A DNA stretch of 64,000 nucleotides from the human T2T-CHM13v2.0 reference genome, Homo sapiens. Positions 1 to 15,167 of this stretch are shown piece after piece. Position numbers and translations under genes: made by a program. Position 1 is the stretch's first letter. Every line of letters starts with the position of its first letter. The DNA is taken from NCBI RefSeq assembly GCF_009914755.1, contig NC_060932.1, one strand, 5' to 3'. Under the pieces are notes generated by a model. It was given only the letters and a program-made list of their open reading frames with translations. It had not been told where the DNA came from and did not search any database.

Positions 1-2570
<2,570 letters not shown>

Positions 2571-2639
2571 TAACAGAATTGTTAACAATCAAAATAATTA
2601 CCAGGAACTGCTCTAAGCACTATAACATACTTGAACATA

Positions 2640-2792
2640 ATCTCCTTATGATTCAATTTCTCATCTGTGAAGAGGAGATAATAATAATAACTATGTAATG
2701 GGATTGTTGTGAGAACTAAATGAATTCATGTATCTAAAGCACTTGGTTTGGTTTGGCACTTAATAAGCACTATATTAAGTGTTAATAATTTT
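2640..2792 (+). mobile_element. MIR SINE fragment
   Basis: Core-like sequence tttctcatctgtgaagaggagataataata...ggattgttgtgagaactaaatgaa...ggcacttaataagcact. Confidence 0.8.
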
Positions 2793-2964
2793 TAGGCTTA
2801 TTGTGATTCTCATCCTCTCATTTAAGCCTCACTACTGCCCTAGTGAACAATGAGAGTGGGATGCAAATATATATCTGTCCAATGTTGGAGCTTAGGCTCA
2901 TAACCATTAATATTTTCTCTAAAGGGGAGGTAATAAAAGTGATATATTAAAAGAAACAACTGTA

Positions 2965-3200
2965 ATCTTAAATTTTCTAGTATCCAGATCTTAAACAATA
3001 AAAAGAAACAGGTGAAAGTAATTGTATTTTATTTTAACCCATATATCTAAAATATTATAATTTCAACTTGTAATCAATATAAAAATATTAATGAGATATT
3101 TTACTTTTTTTGTTCTATGTCTTCAAAATCTGGTGCTTACAGCACATCTCAATCTGAACCAGCCACATGTGGCTAGGTTACTGTATTGGACAGTACAGGG
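2965..3200. mobile_element. MER33/MER3-type hAT-Charlie non-autonomous DNA transposon
   Basis: aaaagaaacaggtgaaa...tgtaatcaatataaaaatattaatgagatatttt...agccacatgtggctag...tattggacagtacag. Confidence 0.75.
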
Positions 3201-4354
3201 TTAGACTAAGGACAGAAGACAGATAAGGACACCATACATGTGAAGAGTTCCTGCCCCTCATCACATGTTAGATGTGTGTGTGTGAAAGTCTCACCTTCTT
3301 CATGAGATGACAGTCCTCTTTAATGCAAAGTCTGTAGCTTGTTGGTCATTGTATAGCTCACATAATTGCCAAGTGCTCTATATTTATCAAACAGCAGCAT
3401 GAATGCAAAATGAATAAATGCATAAATGGGAATAATGAAATAAAATAAAAACCAAATAGCACACTGCATATTTTTTTCATCTCAGAAAAGCAGAAGAGTT
3501 TGAAAATCCAAACCCTCTCTAGTAAGATCATTTGGCTGTTGAGAGAAGAGTGTCAGAGCTGTAACAGATGTACAGCTTGAGTCTCCTGCTGTCAATCTGA
3601 TAAGATCCTAAATGTTTTTACTTTTTAAAAATGCACATTAAAAATTTTTTAGGTATTCACAACCCCCTGTATAAAATTCTTTTTAAACTCTCTTGAGGAT
3701 AGTGCTTACATAAAATCATTTTAGGAAGTTTTCTAGAAATAATGGCTGAAGAATGGACAACTGATATAAATGCTAAAATCTGGATTGAGAATAACATCAG
3801 AAGTTTGAACCTCAGTTAACATTCGGTTAAAGGGTGACTAAATATTCTCAGTTTTCTGAGCTATTTTGAGCCCTATTCCTTAGACAGTCTGGTTCTTCTT
3901 AAACTTTAAGACCCAAACCAGGCACAACATTCTAGACAGTCTAACAAGCACAGGTTACAATAAAATTATAAACTCTCTTTAAAAACTTTGCAGTTATAAA
4001 TCTGTTCATTATACTAAATTTTTAAAGCTCATACTGTCAACTCACTTATGTAGGTCATTTTCATATGAATTAATCACTGCTCAGGTTTTACATGTAGATA
4101 TGTACACATGAGTACACATACAAGTATTTAAACATGGTGTTATATGAATTCTTATTGGACTTTATCTTTTAAGTTTTAGCCCATATTTTCAGATTTTTAG
4201 GTCAAAATTTATTATTCTGACATTTACTACATTAGCTATTAGCTAACATTCCTAGCTTTATGGCAATCACCAATCTGAGGGCCCATCCATATCTTCTTCA
4301 AGTATTTATAGGAATATTAAACAAAGCAGAATTTAGGAGGCACCTGTGGAATGC

Positions 4355-4492
4355 AGCAATTCTCAAATTCCATGTGCATAAGAATCACCTTGGGGAGCTT
4401 TTTTAAAATGCACACTTCTGTATTCTGCTTCAGAAATTCTGATTCAGTAGGTCTGGATAGGGCCTAGAAACGTAATTTTTCAAGAAAGCATC
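4355..4492. mobile_element. MER5A-type hAT-Charlie fragment, cut off by the adjacent LTR
   Basis: agaatcaccttggggagcttttttaaaatgca...ttctgattcagtaggtctgg. Confidence 0.75.
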
Positions 4493-5019
4493 TGTGGGAA
4501 TAAATGAGGAACACTCAAATGAGAATAAGCAAGGAATCAGCCACTGTCACTTGCATTTGGCAGAGACTCATAGTTAGGCAGAGGGACTGGGAAAGCGCTA
4601 GAGTGGAAAAAAGAAGGCTTCAGATATGCCCTGATTGGTGGCTGTTGGCATGGGGACGCTGTAGAAGGGAGAAGAAAAGCAAAGCATCCCACATGATTGG
4701 TTACAGTGCATGATTGGTTGGGGTGCATGATTGGTTAGGGTGCATATTTAGCTTTCTCCAATTGATCCTAACTTGGACACGGGGACAAAAATTAGAGAAG
4801 CTATCAATCATTAATCAAGTCCTGGCCATCTGTGGCTGATTTTACAGGTGTTACTCTTTGGCTTCCTGGACTATTGCATACAGATAATAGTCTAACTTCC
4901 TGGGCTGGTTACTATAGGCAGTAAATTGGCTTCCTGGGCTGGTTGCTGCAGATTGTAGGTTGGAGTTCTTTTTTATATACATAGTCTGACCATTGTCCAT
5001 TTGTATATTGTCTCTTACA
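4493..5019. mobile_element. ERV solo LTR, family not assigned
   Basis: TG...CA ends (tgtgggaat...tgtctcttaca), about 525 bp, several CCAAT boxes, and it interrupts MER5A. Confidence 0.55.
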
Positions 5020-5529
5020 TGCCAAGAAATTCCAATATGGGAAGTACCCAAACATACCATGCTAGATATTTAAAGCTCTTTATTCTTATCATCCTGGTTA
5101 ACTCTGATTAAACCATGTTCTCAGTTAGTTAGTATTTTCTTACCTGACTCCAGTTTATAAGGATATGAAGATAGAATGACCAACTGGAGTCATAATCATT
5201 TATTTGTATAATCCTTCTCAATGTAAGAGTTTTTGTATTCTTTTCCAGATTTAATATTCATATCACCTTCATTTATAAAGGGCATAATTCTGTGCACTGA
5301 AACTAATGTATTCCATTTACATGTGATAACTTGCTTATTAGATTCAAGATAAGTTACACCTGTAAAACATAAATGGCCAGAGAAAAGCCCAGGAAGTTTA
5401 TTTCACCATCAGAATCACATGAGGCATGTATTAGGGAAGAATTTATCCCAATATAATCATGGAAAAATATAGATTTAATCTATTAAAAATTCCCGACACT
5501 GTATATCTATTACAATGGCAAAGAAAATA

Positions 5530-6440
5530 AAACTGACAACAGGAAGCACTGGTGAGAATGCAGGGTAATGAACACTCTCGTGTACGTTGGCATGAGTCAA
5601 AAATGGTTCAGCCACTTAGAAGACATTTTGGAATTTTCTTATAAAGTTAAATATTCACCTATTATATGTTCCAGCAATGCTACTACTAGGTATTTACTCT
5701 AGAGAAAAGGGAAAAATAATGTGATCATTTATAGCTGCTTTATTCATAAATGCCCCCAAACACCCCAGATGCCCTTTAGTGGGTGAGGAGATGAGTAAAT
5801 TGGGTTATATTCATATAGTAGAATACTACTCAGCATTAGAAAACACTATTTATTCAAGAAATAGCAAAGATGAACCTTAATATACTTTGCTAGGTGAAAG
5901 GCTACTATGTATATGGATGCATTTATATGACATTCTAGGAAAGGCAAAGCTCTGATGATGGATAAGAAGATCCATCCAATGGTTGCTAGGGTCTTGAAAA
6001 GTAAAAGGGACAGAAAACTACAAAGGAATTGTGAAGGTGAACACATAATTCCATACATTTGTAAAAATTCATGTAACTGTATACCACAAAGAGGAAATTC
6101 CTACTGTATGTAAATTACATAAATCAAGCAAGATAGAGGGAGAACCCGAGATGGAATGCAATTTGTGAGAAATGAATCTAACTGTATCATAAATTAATAA
6201 CACAAGCACACAGGAATTAGTGGGGAAGAAAGAAGCTGATCTAAGTAACTTTGGGAAATAGCGATTAGACCGCATAAGACCAAAAACAAAGAACTGTACA
6301 CAACAAATACAACACACTAATTGGTAAATTTATTTCTCACTGGGGTATTGGTTAGCAATTCTGCAACTACTTTATATGTATACCACGGTCAAACAAATAT
6401 GCAAATAAATTGTAGATAATAAAAACAAAAATCCGGAGTC
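5530..6440 (+). mobile_element. Old LINE-1 (L1M class) ORF2-end and 3' UTR fragments
   Basis: Degenerate L1 3' motifs ttcttataaagttaaatattcacct...ccagcaatgctactactaggtatttac and gaatactactcagca. Confidence 0.7.
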
Positions 6441-7269
6441 CCTACTCTAGAAAAAAGAAAGGCAAAATTTGCCAAGTAGATAAAATAGAAATTGTTTGTG
6501 TCTAGGATATGGGAAAAAAATGTTTGCAGCATAAAATTTGGGTCCTAGACAATAACAAATTAATATAAGGGACCTGGGCATTTTTAAAGATGATAAAAAA
6601 TAATGCAGCTGTATTTCTTTCTGCTTTTGATTTAGAGTCTATCTATAACAATAGTGGTAAAGGATAACATAAAAAATATAATAAACTGATACAGTTATTT
6701 CAAAATAGTAGCAATAAGTAAAAAATGTTACAGCTGTAAACCACCATATAGCAAGATCCTATTACTATCTGCTGTTGAAGTCAGCATACTGATTACAACA
6801 AAATATAGCAAAATATATAAGTGCCAGATGATCAATGGTGATGCCTTTTCTGGCGTTTGTGTGTTGTAAAAGGAAAATAAGAACCATTATCTCATTACCA
6901 GGAATAAGCTCGCTCCTGTTCAACAGTCTTGGTGTAGACAAAATGAAGCAAGCTGTATTGTAGGACTATTTTCAACATGTCATAGATAAGGAGCTTCCCC
7001 CTCCTCTCATTTAACTTTATGTTTCAGAGGTAAGACCAGCTCTACATAGTTGCTTTACCACCTTTTACAACATGTGTTGATGATCTGTGCTCTCCTCAGG
7101 TAGCCACTGAAGTTTCTGAGTCCTGTATCCTATTTTGAATCACTCTGGTTCTCATTTAAAATAGAATTAATGAGTGTTTTGTAATTCCATGACAGTTGTG
7201 CTATGTAGAGCCCATGGTTTTTATCGGAAATGCAAAGGGCATGGCAATTAACCCACAACACCTGAAGAA

Positions 7270-7490
7270 TAGTGTGCCTTGAAGTCAGAATTTTGAGTAC
7301 TGATCTTGCCACTTCCTTGTTGTGGACAAATACCTTGCTTTCTCTAGGCCTGTTTCCTTGGCTCACAGATGCTGATAATAATCCCTTCCCTGCTCCTTCC
7401 ACAGGGTTGTCTTGAGGATAAAATGAGATTGTAGTGGCATTAACACTTTGTAATCTCACTACATTAAAAACTACACAAATGAGAGTTGCT
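7270..7490 (+). mobile_element. MIR SINE
   Basis: cttgaagtcaga...gccacttccttgttgtg...acagggttgtcttgaggataaaatgagat. Confidence 0.7.
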
Positions 7491-8236
7491 ATAAAGACTA
7501 CAAAAGAAAATTCTTGACATGAATAAAAATTAAAGAAAAACTATTTTTATATTGATAAAAACATTATGTAATGTTTTTGTTGATTTGCTACATGGATCAA
7601 ATGTTGTGATTCTGAAAATCTTCCATAGGACTATTAAAATGCCTTCTTCCAATCATAAAATATTCAATACTAAAGGGAAAAATGCAAATAAAGTATAGTG
7701 TAGTACATTAATTTAAATAATTTGCAGGTATCAAAAATAATTTGCAGGTATCAAAAAATTAAATAATTTGCAAGTGCCAAAAATTATGACTGGAAAATTG
7801 AAGTCATGAGACCCCTCCTATTTCCTTTACTAAAAAGTAAAAAAAAAAAAAACCCCTCAAATTCATTCACACAAAGATATTGGGAATTTTTTTATCCCCC
7901 AAAGGGTACCATTGGGTCATTAAAAGGATATTAAGACCATGTATAAAAGCAATGAGTTGTTAATGGCAGATTTCTGTCATCTGGGAAAGACTGGTCTGTT
8001 TCAATTACACCAAGTAGGCAGTTACATGTTCTTACATAAAGCTACAAACTGTTTTTGTCACGTTAATGAAAGCAAAGGAAACAAGGAGTCTTTTATTGAT
8101 TCTGGAGACCATGTGATACAAAGAGAAAAACACTGGTCAGGAGGGCTTCTTTCTAGTTCCAGTTCTGCCCCGTTATTAGCTGCTCTGGACCTCGAATTTC
8201 TTCACCTGTTACATTTGCCCTACCTACTCCAGAGAA

Positions 8237-8244
8237 AGAGAGAG

Positions 8245-8288
<44 letters not shown>

Positions 8289-8330
8289 TGTGTGTGTGGT
8301 GTGTGTGCGAGAGAGAGAGAGAGAGAGACG
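8237..8330. repeat. Compound (TG)n/(GA)n microsatellite
   Basis: Directly visible dinucleotide runs. Confidence 0.97.
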
Positions 8331-8589
8331 GAGGGAGGGAAGAAGACAGAAATATCAAATGAAATTAACATGAAAGTGCTTAAATAGTAGAATTTTTCAA
8401 GAGTGAGATTATAATTTTACATTCTGGAACTATTTGCACCACACAATAAACCTGGCGACTGAAATAAAAATGTATCCGTAATCTAAAGATTAACATCTTT
8501 TTGCAAAGGAACCCACCTAATATATATATATATATAAAATTATTTCCATCTTTTTGGGGGAACAGGTGGTTTTTTGTTATACAGCCAAG

Positions 8590-8911
8590 TTTTTTTTTTT
8601 TTTTTTTTATGAGACGGAGTCCCGCTGCGTCACCTAGGCTGGAGTGCAGTGGCGCAATCTCGGTTCACTGCAAGCTCCGCCTCCTGGATTCACGCCATTC
8701 TCCTGCCTCAGCCTCCCAAGTACAGGCGCCCGCCTGGGACTACAGGGACTGCAGGCGCTCGCCACCATGCCCGGCTAATTTTTTATATTTTTTAGTAGAG
8801 AAGGGGTTTCACCGTGTTAGCCAGGATGGTCTCGATCTCCTGACCTCGTGATCTGCCCACCTCGGCCTCCCAAAGTGCTGGGATTACAGGCGTGAGCCAC
8901 CATGTCCCACC
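8590..8911 (-). mobile_element. AluY with an internal rearrangement
   Basis: Poly(T) at 8590-8608 and AluY diagnostics gcaagctccgcctcc, cacgccattc, gtgttagccaggatggtctcgatctcc. Confidence 0.95.
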
Positions 8912-9217
8912 TACACAGATAAGTTCTTTAGCGGTGATTTCTGAGATTTTGGTTCATCCATCACCCAAGCAGTGTACAGTACACCCAATGTGTAGTCTTT
9001 CATCCCTCACCCTCCTCCACCCTTTCCCCCGAGCCCTCAAAATCCATTATATCATTCTTTTGCCTTTGAGTCCTCATAGCTTATCTCCCACTTATAAGTG
9101 AAAACATATGATATTCAGTTTTCCATTCTTGAGTTACTTCTCTTAGAATGGAGTCTCCAACTCCATCCAGGTTGCTGTGAATGCCATTATTTCATTCTTT
9201 ATGATCGAATAGCATTC

Positions 9218-9332
9218 CATTATATATATATGATATATACATAATATACATTATATATGATATATACATAATAATATACATTATATATGACATATACATA
9301 ATAATATACATTATATATGAGATTATATATAT
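9218..9332. repeat. AT-rich minisatellite, about 28-31 bp unit (cattatatatgatatatacataataatata), about 3.5 copies
   Basis: Directly visible tandem units at the (TA)-prone site of the L1PB 3' region. Confidence 0.9.
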
Positions 9333-9929
9333 CACATTTTCTTTATCCACTCATCGGTTGATAGGCATTTAGGCTGGTTTCATATTTTTGTAATTGTGAA
9401 TTGTGCTGCTATAAACATGTGTGTGCATGTGTCTTTTTCATATAATGACTTCTGTTGTGGGGAACTGTTAAAAATTTAACTTCTTAAAAAACATCGGTTC
9501 CTATTCTGGAGGAGTGCTATCCCTGATCAGAGGAATCTGCTTCTGCTTCTCTGCTCCTCATCTCAGCTGAGTAATTGAAATACAGTTTGGTAACTTTCTC
9601 TTCCTGTACCGCACTCTCTAGAGAATGTGGATGTCCCATCTATTGTTCTAGGCCACCACAGCAGCAGCCCACCAATTCTCCATGTGTCAGTAGCCTGGAC
9701 AGGACTTAGACGCTTGAGAAGGACACCATCACTCTAGACCTTAACTTCCTCACCTGAAAAATGAGAATAAGTTGGAATATGTCTTTAGTCTCTTCCTTAA
9801 AATTCCATACCCATATTTAGAACCAACAAGAAAGAAAAAAGGCTTCTTTGGCCCCATGTGGGAAATGGTCTTGTGAACCCTGCAGATCATCAGAGCCACA
9901 CTGTGTAAGGAAGCTTCTGAGTCTCTCCC

Positions 9930-10905
9930 AGGAAGAAACCCAAATTTTGTGGGGCCCGAAGTTTATACCATTGATGTAAAAGATTCTTGTTGAAAAAGCA
10001 TACAATATTTTGAATACAAAATTAAATACAGAGGTGAATATCTATTTAGAATGACAGATAAAACGTCACAAAAAAATTATCAGTTTTAAAATGTTGGAAA
10101 ATAAAGCAAACATCATAAAATGAAAAAATCATAATGATTTTATTACTTAATTGCTAACCTACTTCTATAATACTATTTCCTACCCTTTTGACACTATGCT
10201 GTTTCCTTCTTTGTGTGACAGTGGTATTTAAAATATTTTACATGAAGACATTATAATGATAACTCAATCTTTTCTCTCTCACAGCTAATAAAAAGTTATT
10301 TTTTATTATTGATGGTTGACATGCACAAAACATGTGACTTCACAAACAGATATATTCTCTGTAGTACTGTTATTATCAGTGTGTGCCCTACAAATGCAAG
10401 GATTCTGAAAACCTCTACTTTATGGTTTATTACTATGAATGTTACATTGCTGCATACATTTCTGTTGTGGCAAGGCTTTGATAAGAACCAAATACTCCAA
10501 TTATAGCTTTGTTCATCTGATGAACTGAAGAAGTACCTCGGCAAGCTAGTTCTGTTATTAGGATAGCTAACAATAACTTCATTATACATGAAAGTGGCTT
10601 TAAATCACATAAATATGTTTCATTGGACACAAATTAAATGTATCCCTAATTCAACATTCAATTAGCTCAATTCAAATAATGTCTATGCTCATTCTAAGTC
10701 ACCTGTCAGGAGGAAGAGTGCTTTGCAGGAAAAGCAGAAGTAGAAAGATATAGAAGACTTAACAAATTGTGGCTAGAAACACCGTAATTTTAAAATTTGA
10801 TAAAACTTCACAAAAAAAAAAGACTTTTCTCAGGGATTTGGAAGGCACCATGTAAGTGCCCCTGAGGGTTATGTCTCATTGGTTTTATGGCACGTCTTCC
10901 TTTAT
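9930..10905. mobile_element. Ancient hAT-Tip100 DNA transposon relic (Zaphod/MER115-like)
   Basis: Left end ccaaattttgtggggcccgaagtttatac...gaatacaaaatt and right end ccatgtaagtgcccctgaggg...cattggttttatggca resemble recalled termini of this family. Confidence 0.6.
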
Positions 10906-11779
10906 CCTCCAATTGGCCCCCAGACCAGCAGCCTGAGCAGAACACAAATCTAGACTATGGCTCTAAAAGAAGACACTGGAAGTTGAAACTGGAAAATCAC
11001 ATGAAAGAGCAAAGTCCAGGAGTTTCTACAACAGCTCCTAAATGTAGGATGAATGAAGTCACTGCCTCCATCTTGCATTAAAGACAATATGAAAATAGAC
11101 AGCTTTTTTCCCAGACAGAAAAATAGGAAATGAGCAAGACTAGGCTATCATTGGATACTTTCAAAGGGGCCAGAGCACTGTCTTGCACTAGAGCCTACTG
11201 CCTATTGCCAATTGCAAAATGCAGTGAGATTATTGGAAGCCAGGATAAAATTAGTGATGTCTGTTAGGACACATGGGAAAGTGATACTATATGACCAGAT
11301 ATTTAACACTCATGCTTTGAAAAGTCAATCCAAATCACAGAATATAGGTGAAGTGAGTTGGAGGTAATCTATAGAGATTCAATCTACATTCTGAATAAAA
11401 ACAGTCATCAAGAGACCAAAAATAATCCTTAAGTATGTAAGAATAAATGGAGAATGCAATTCCAATGAAAAACTGTATGTATGTCCAAGTCAGTTATATA
11501 CTAACAGAAATTAAAAAGTAGCATAATCAAGGAAGAAAAGACTTCTCTCTCTCCTTGTTTTGAGGAACTCAGTGGTATAGGCAGGTAAGCCAGTAGTAGT
11601 TATGTTCTGTTCATTAGACTTAAGAAGGATTTCCAAATACTCATAATTCATGAATGCAGAACAATTGGAAGAATCTGGAAAATCTTCTAGTTCTAATGGA
11701 TAAAAAGATAGAATATAATATATGCCCTGACAATTCATATATGTAGGTAGAAAAGTATAATATATTAGGTCATAGGCTT

Positions 11780-12214
11780 TAACATGAGATTTGCTTGCAG
11801 TAATTTTATTGGGGCATGCCCTCAGGAACAACATTTGCAATGAAATGAGGAAAGCAGAATGGTGCAGAGGGAGAAGTTAACCTGCATTGCAGTTGCAACA
11901 GAGCCCTTAGCCAATTCTGCAGAATGCTCTGGGGCTGAGACAATCCTTCAGAGTTGTTCTTCAGTGAAGCAATGGGATCTCTGAACTACCACAGTAGACC
12001 TGTCATGATAGAGGTTGTCCCTGGGGTGGAGTGTATAACCTTGGTGGGGTGGGGTGTACAATTTTGGGTGAAGCAGCTCCCTGCAGATCAAGGGCAGTTC
12101 TTGGAAAAGACTCAGCTATGAGTTCTCTGCAGCCAGCACTCCCAGTAGCCAGTGGTATAAACATCATCATCCTAAAGAGGCAAATCTGGGCAGCATGTTA
12201 AACTGTCCACTACA
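11780..12214. mobile_element. LTR16-type ERVL solo LTR
   Basis: tgcagtaattttattgggg...gcagaggggagaagtt...gcagttgcaacagag...gggcagttcttgga...gtccactaca. Confidence 0.7.
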
Positions 12215-15167
12215 GACAACAACATGAAGAAATAACGTAAAATTTAGAACAGCATTCTAAGCTCCAGAATCCTTTAGCCTTAGTTGATGGATCAATTTCA
12301 AGATGAGTGGCAGAGAGAGCAGAGAGAAAGCATCTTTCTGATCATCCTCTCCTATGTGAGTCTCTTCTGAATCAAGATCACATGGCTCTCAAAACTCCTT
12401 GTTAAAATGTCAACATGTCCCTTGAAAATTGTGAGGCACTGATGTAAAGGTACCAATGACCACTTTTGAGAAGAGAATAAAGGTAATGCTATATTTAGAT
12501 GGACTATGCTGCAAATGTGTGTTCTCACTAGAAAATGACAATGGAGGCTTGTGTTTCACCAAAGGGCATTTTGAGGGCCATGGCTACCCTAGAAGATGAC
12601 AAACTGCAAAAGTCACCTAAGGGAGTGAGAGAGCATTTCACTCAAATTTCCTATTCCTTCCTATTTTACTAGGCCAGCCCTGCTGCTCCTGTCCTGTTTT
12701 GAATATTCTATTTCTGTTTAACTACATTCTGTGATTTCCGTCCCCTGATAGCAGATGCTTGGCAAACTCTGTGGGCAATTGAAGGATTTGTTTACCTTTG
12801 CTCTGAAGCTCTGTTACACTTGTTCTTGCATTCCCATACAGGCAACAGAAGGAAAATAAATGCATAACGTAGAAAAGCAACTACCATTACCTTGAAAATA
12901 GGCTGGCTCAATACGTGTTTTCCCTTAACTGCAATTAAATATTTTTTATAATAGTGAATGCCAAATAAGTGCAATGGTCCAAGAGAAAATAGAGAAAACA
13001 AATGCCAACAGCCGCCATGTGGCAATCCCAGTTGTATTTGGATATAGTCATTAACTTTTCTTCTCTAGAATTTATGGAGGAAATAATGTTATTCCTTAAT
13101 ATTATTCAGAAATGTTGCAAATTAAGTCTCTGTCAAGTGAATCCAAGATTTGCATGTAAAATTGTGGAATTAGGAATTTAGCAGGGTGAAACTGAGGAGA
13201 TTCCTCTGCTTTTCAAAATATATTCAGTCATTTTCCAAAGAAAACTGTAGCAAGTGCAGGGTGGAAATCTCTCAGTCAATAGTCTAGCACTTTATAAAGA
13301 TGATTTTTCCTTGGAGACCATGATCTGAACTACATTATTTCTATATTCTGTATTTCAGCTGAATTTTAAAATTAATTTTCAATTTCCAGACACACAAAAC
13401 CACTTATTGACTACTAAAATTTCCTTGTTCTCTCTCCTTCCTACCATTGTATCTTTTTCTTTTTACAGACTCAAATCAGTCTCCTAAGGTCCTAAATGTA
13501 AGCATACCTATAAGTTGCTAGCCAAAATTATCTTAGAAAAGGTCTGTTTGACTTTATTATTTACATGAGATAAGGATTACTTTATGTACTGCCTGTGATG
13601 TTTTCTGTTTTTGCTAATAAAAAAAATACGTGACAAGCAGTTCCTTAATGATTCCTTTCAATTCACTCTTACTATTTTGCTAGGCATTTATTTCCCAGAG
13701 ACCCAGACAGATATTTTTTAATGGTTAGCATGTTATACATATAACCCATAATTAGGCAATTTTGTTCACCCTGGAGGATTCTGATTATACCCAGCCATTT
13801 AATGTTTCAGTTCAGTTGGTGTTTTTGCCTTTTTCTCACAGCACAGCAGATGAGAATGCCCATTATTGTCCCAATAGGGATTCAGAAAAAGAATAAATAC
13901 CTAATATTTTGTTACTCTAAGATTAAGTAGGTATTTGTTATATAATATTTCCCTAATCAATTATAACTTTTACTTTGTGGTTTGTGAATTTTTATGTCTG
14001 AAGTTCACTTCCACACCACAGTTGGGCCATAAAGTTCTTCTTAATTTCTATTAAGCATGGAAATTGATCATTTCGGACTGTAATTAAACATAAGATTCTC
14101 AAGAAAAGAATTCTAGCACAGAGATTTTCCTATACACATGTTGGATAACACTTAATGAAGCATTTTATATCCTGTTAAAACTTTATACCATGAAGTCTGT
14201 GTATAAAATGGTTATTGAAATAGTTTTAATATTTTAAAAATTATATAACTTCTTATCTAAATAACAAAGTTGGGACTGACACATAAAACAAACAGGCCAC
14301 AGGCAAGTATTGTATGATATGTATTACTCTTAGTCATTACATTAATATTAATAATATTCATAGGGAATTAAACTATTAATTTTTCATAAGACCTAAAAAA
14401 GTCATATTATTGCAATAATTAAATAACAGAAAACACAATTAATATGGGACTCTAGCTGAATGCAAATAGTATTTAAATAGGTATGTTTCGGTTTTTCTGT
14501 AGTGGTATACACTCACAATTTGGCTTAGTTTTTTTTGTTCTAGCTATGTGAAATAACCCAACCAATTTTCCTCTTTGCATACAAAAGGAATATTTTGTGC
14601 AGTAAAGTTCTCTCCATCTGAACTGAAGGAACTCCCTTTTCCCCTTTTTTAATCCATCTTTTAAAAGCCACATTTTAGCCCAGCCTTCAGTGAATAACAC
14701 TGCTAGGGAAACAAGACTTTTTTTAAGTCCAAAAAGACAACTTTCTTGTGTTTTCTCTCACACAATCTGGAGGATTTTTAATTACAGAGCATTACTAGCC
14801 TTATCATAGACATATCCAACCACATCCTCTTGTAGAGATTAAAATTGTGCCCAAGGTACTTTCTCCGCAGATGTATTATGCTTGAAAGCAATACAAATGA
14901 GTCATGATATTCCTGATTGTGAAACAGAAGGTTGAAATACACAGCAATACCAGAAGTCAGGTGATCCCACACTAATTCTTTCCACTTACTTCTTTTAACA
15001 GTGGATAAAATTAGGTATTTGTTGTGATCAACTAGGCATTAAAACATGATTTATTTGGCTTAAGCCATCTCCATGCTTCATTCACATATTCATTAATTCA
15101 GGGCCTGCCTCCTGGGCTCTTGTGACATGCCATGTTCCTATCTTCTCCATCAATAGAGTTTTCTGCT

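Larger units (their letters stand above)
8535..9452 (-). mobile_element. L1PB1-like 3' end, interrupted by an AluY and an AT-rich minisatellite
   Basis: tttttgggggaacaggtggt...ataagttctttagcggtgatttctgagattttgg...ccattatatcattctt...cccacttataagtga matches a reverse L1PB 3' UTR. Confidence 0.85.

Noticed and set aside
7939-8373. 144-aa ORF with a CV repeat and the antisense HT-repeat ORF
   Set aside because: These are translations of the (TG)n/(GA)n microsatellite.
9218-9332. Regularly spaced repeats as a CRISPR-like array
   Set aside because: The units are head-to-tail with no unique spacers, there are no cas genes, and the DNA is eukaryotic. It is an ordinary minisatellite within an L1.
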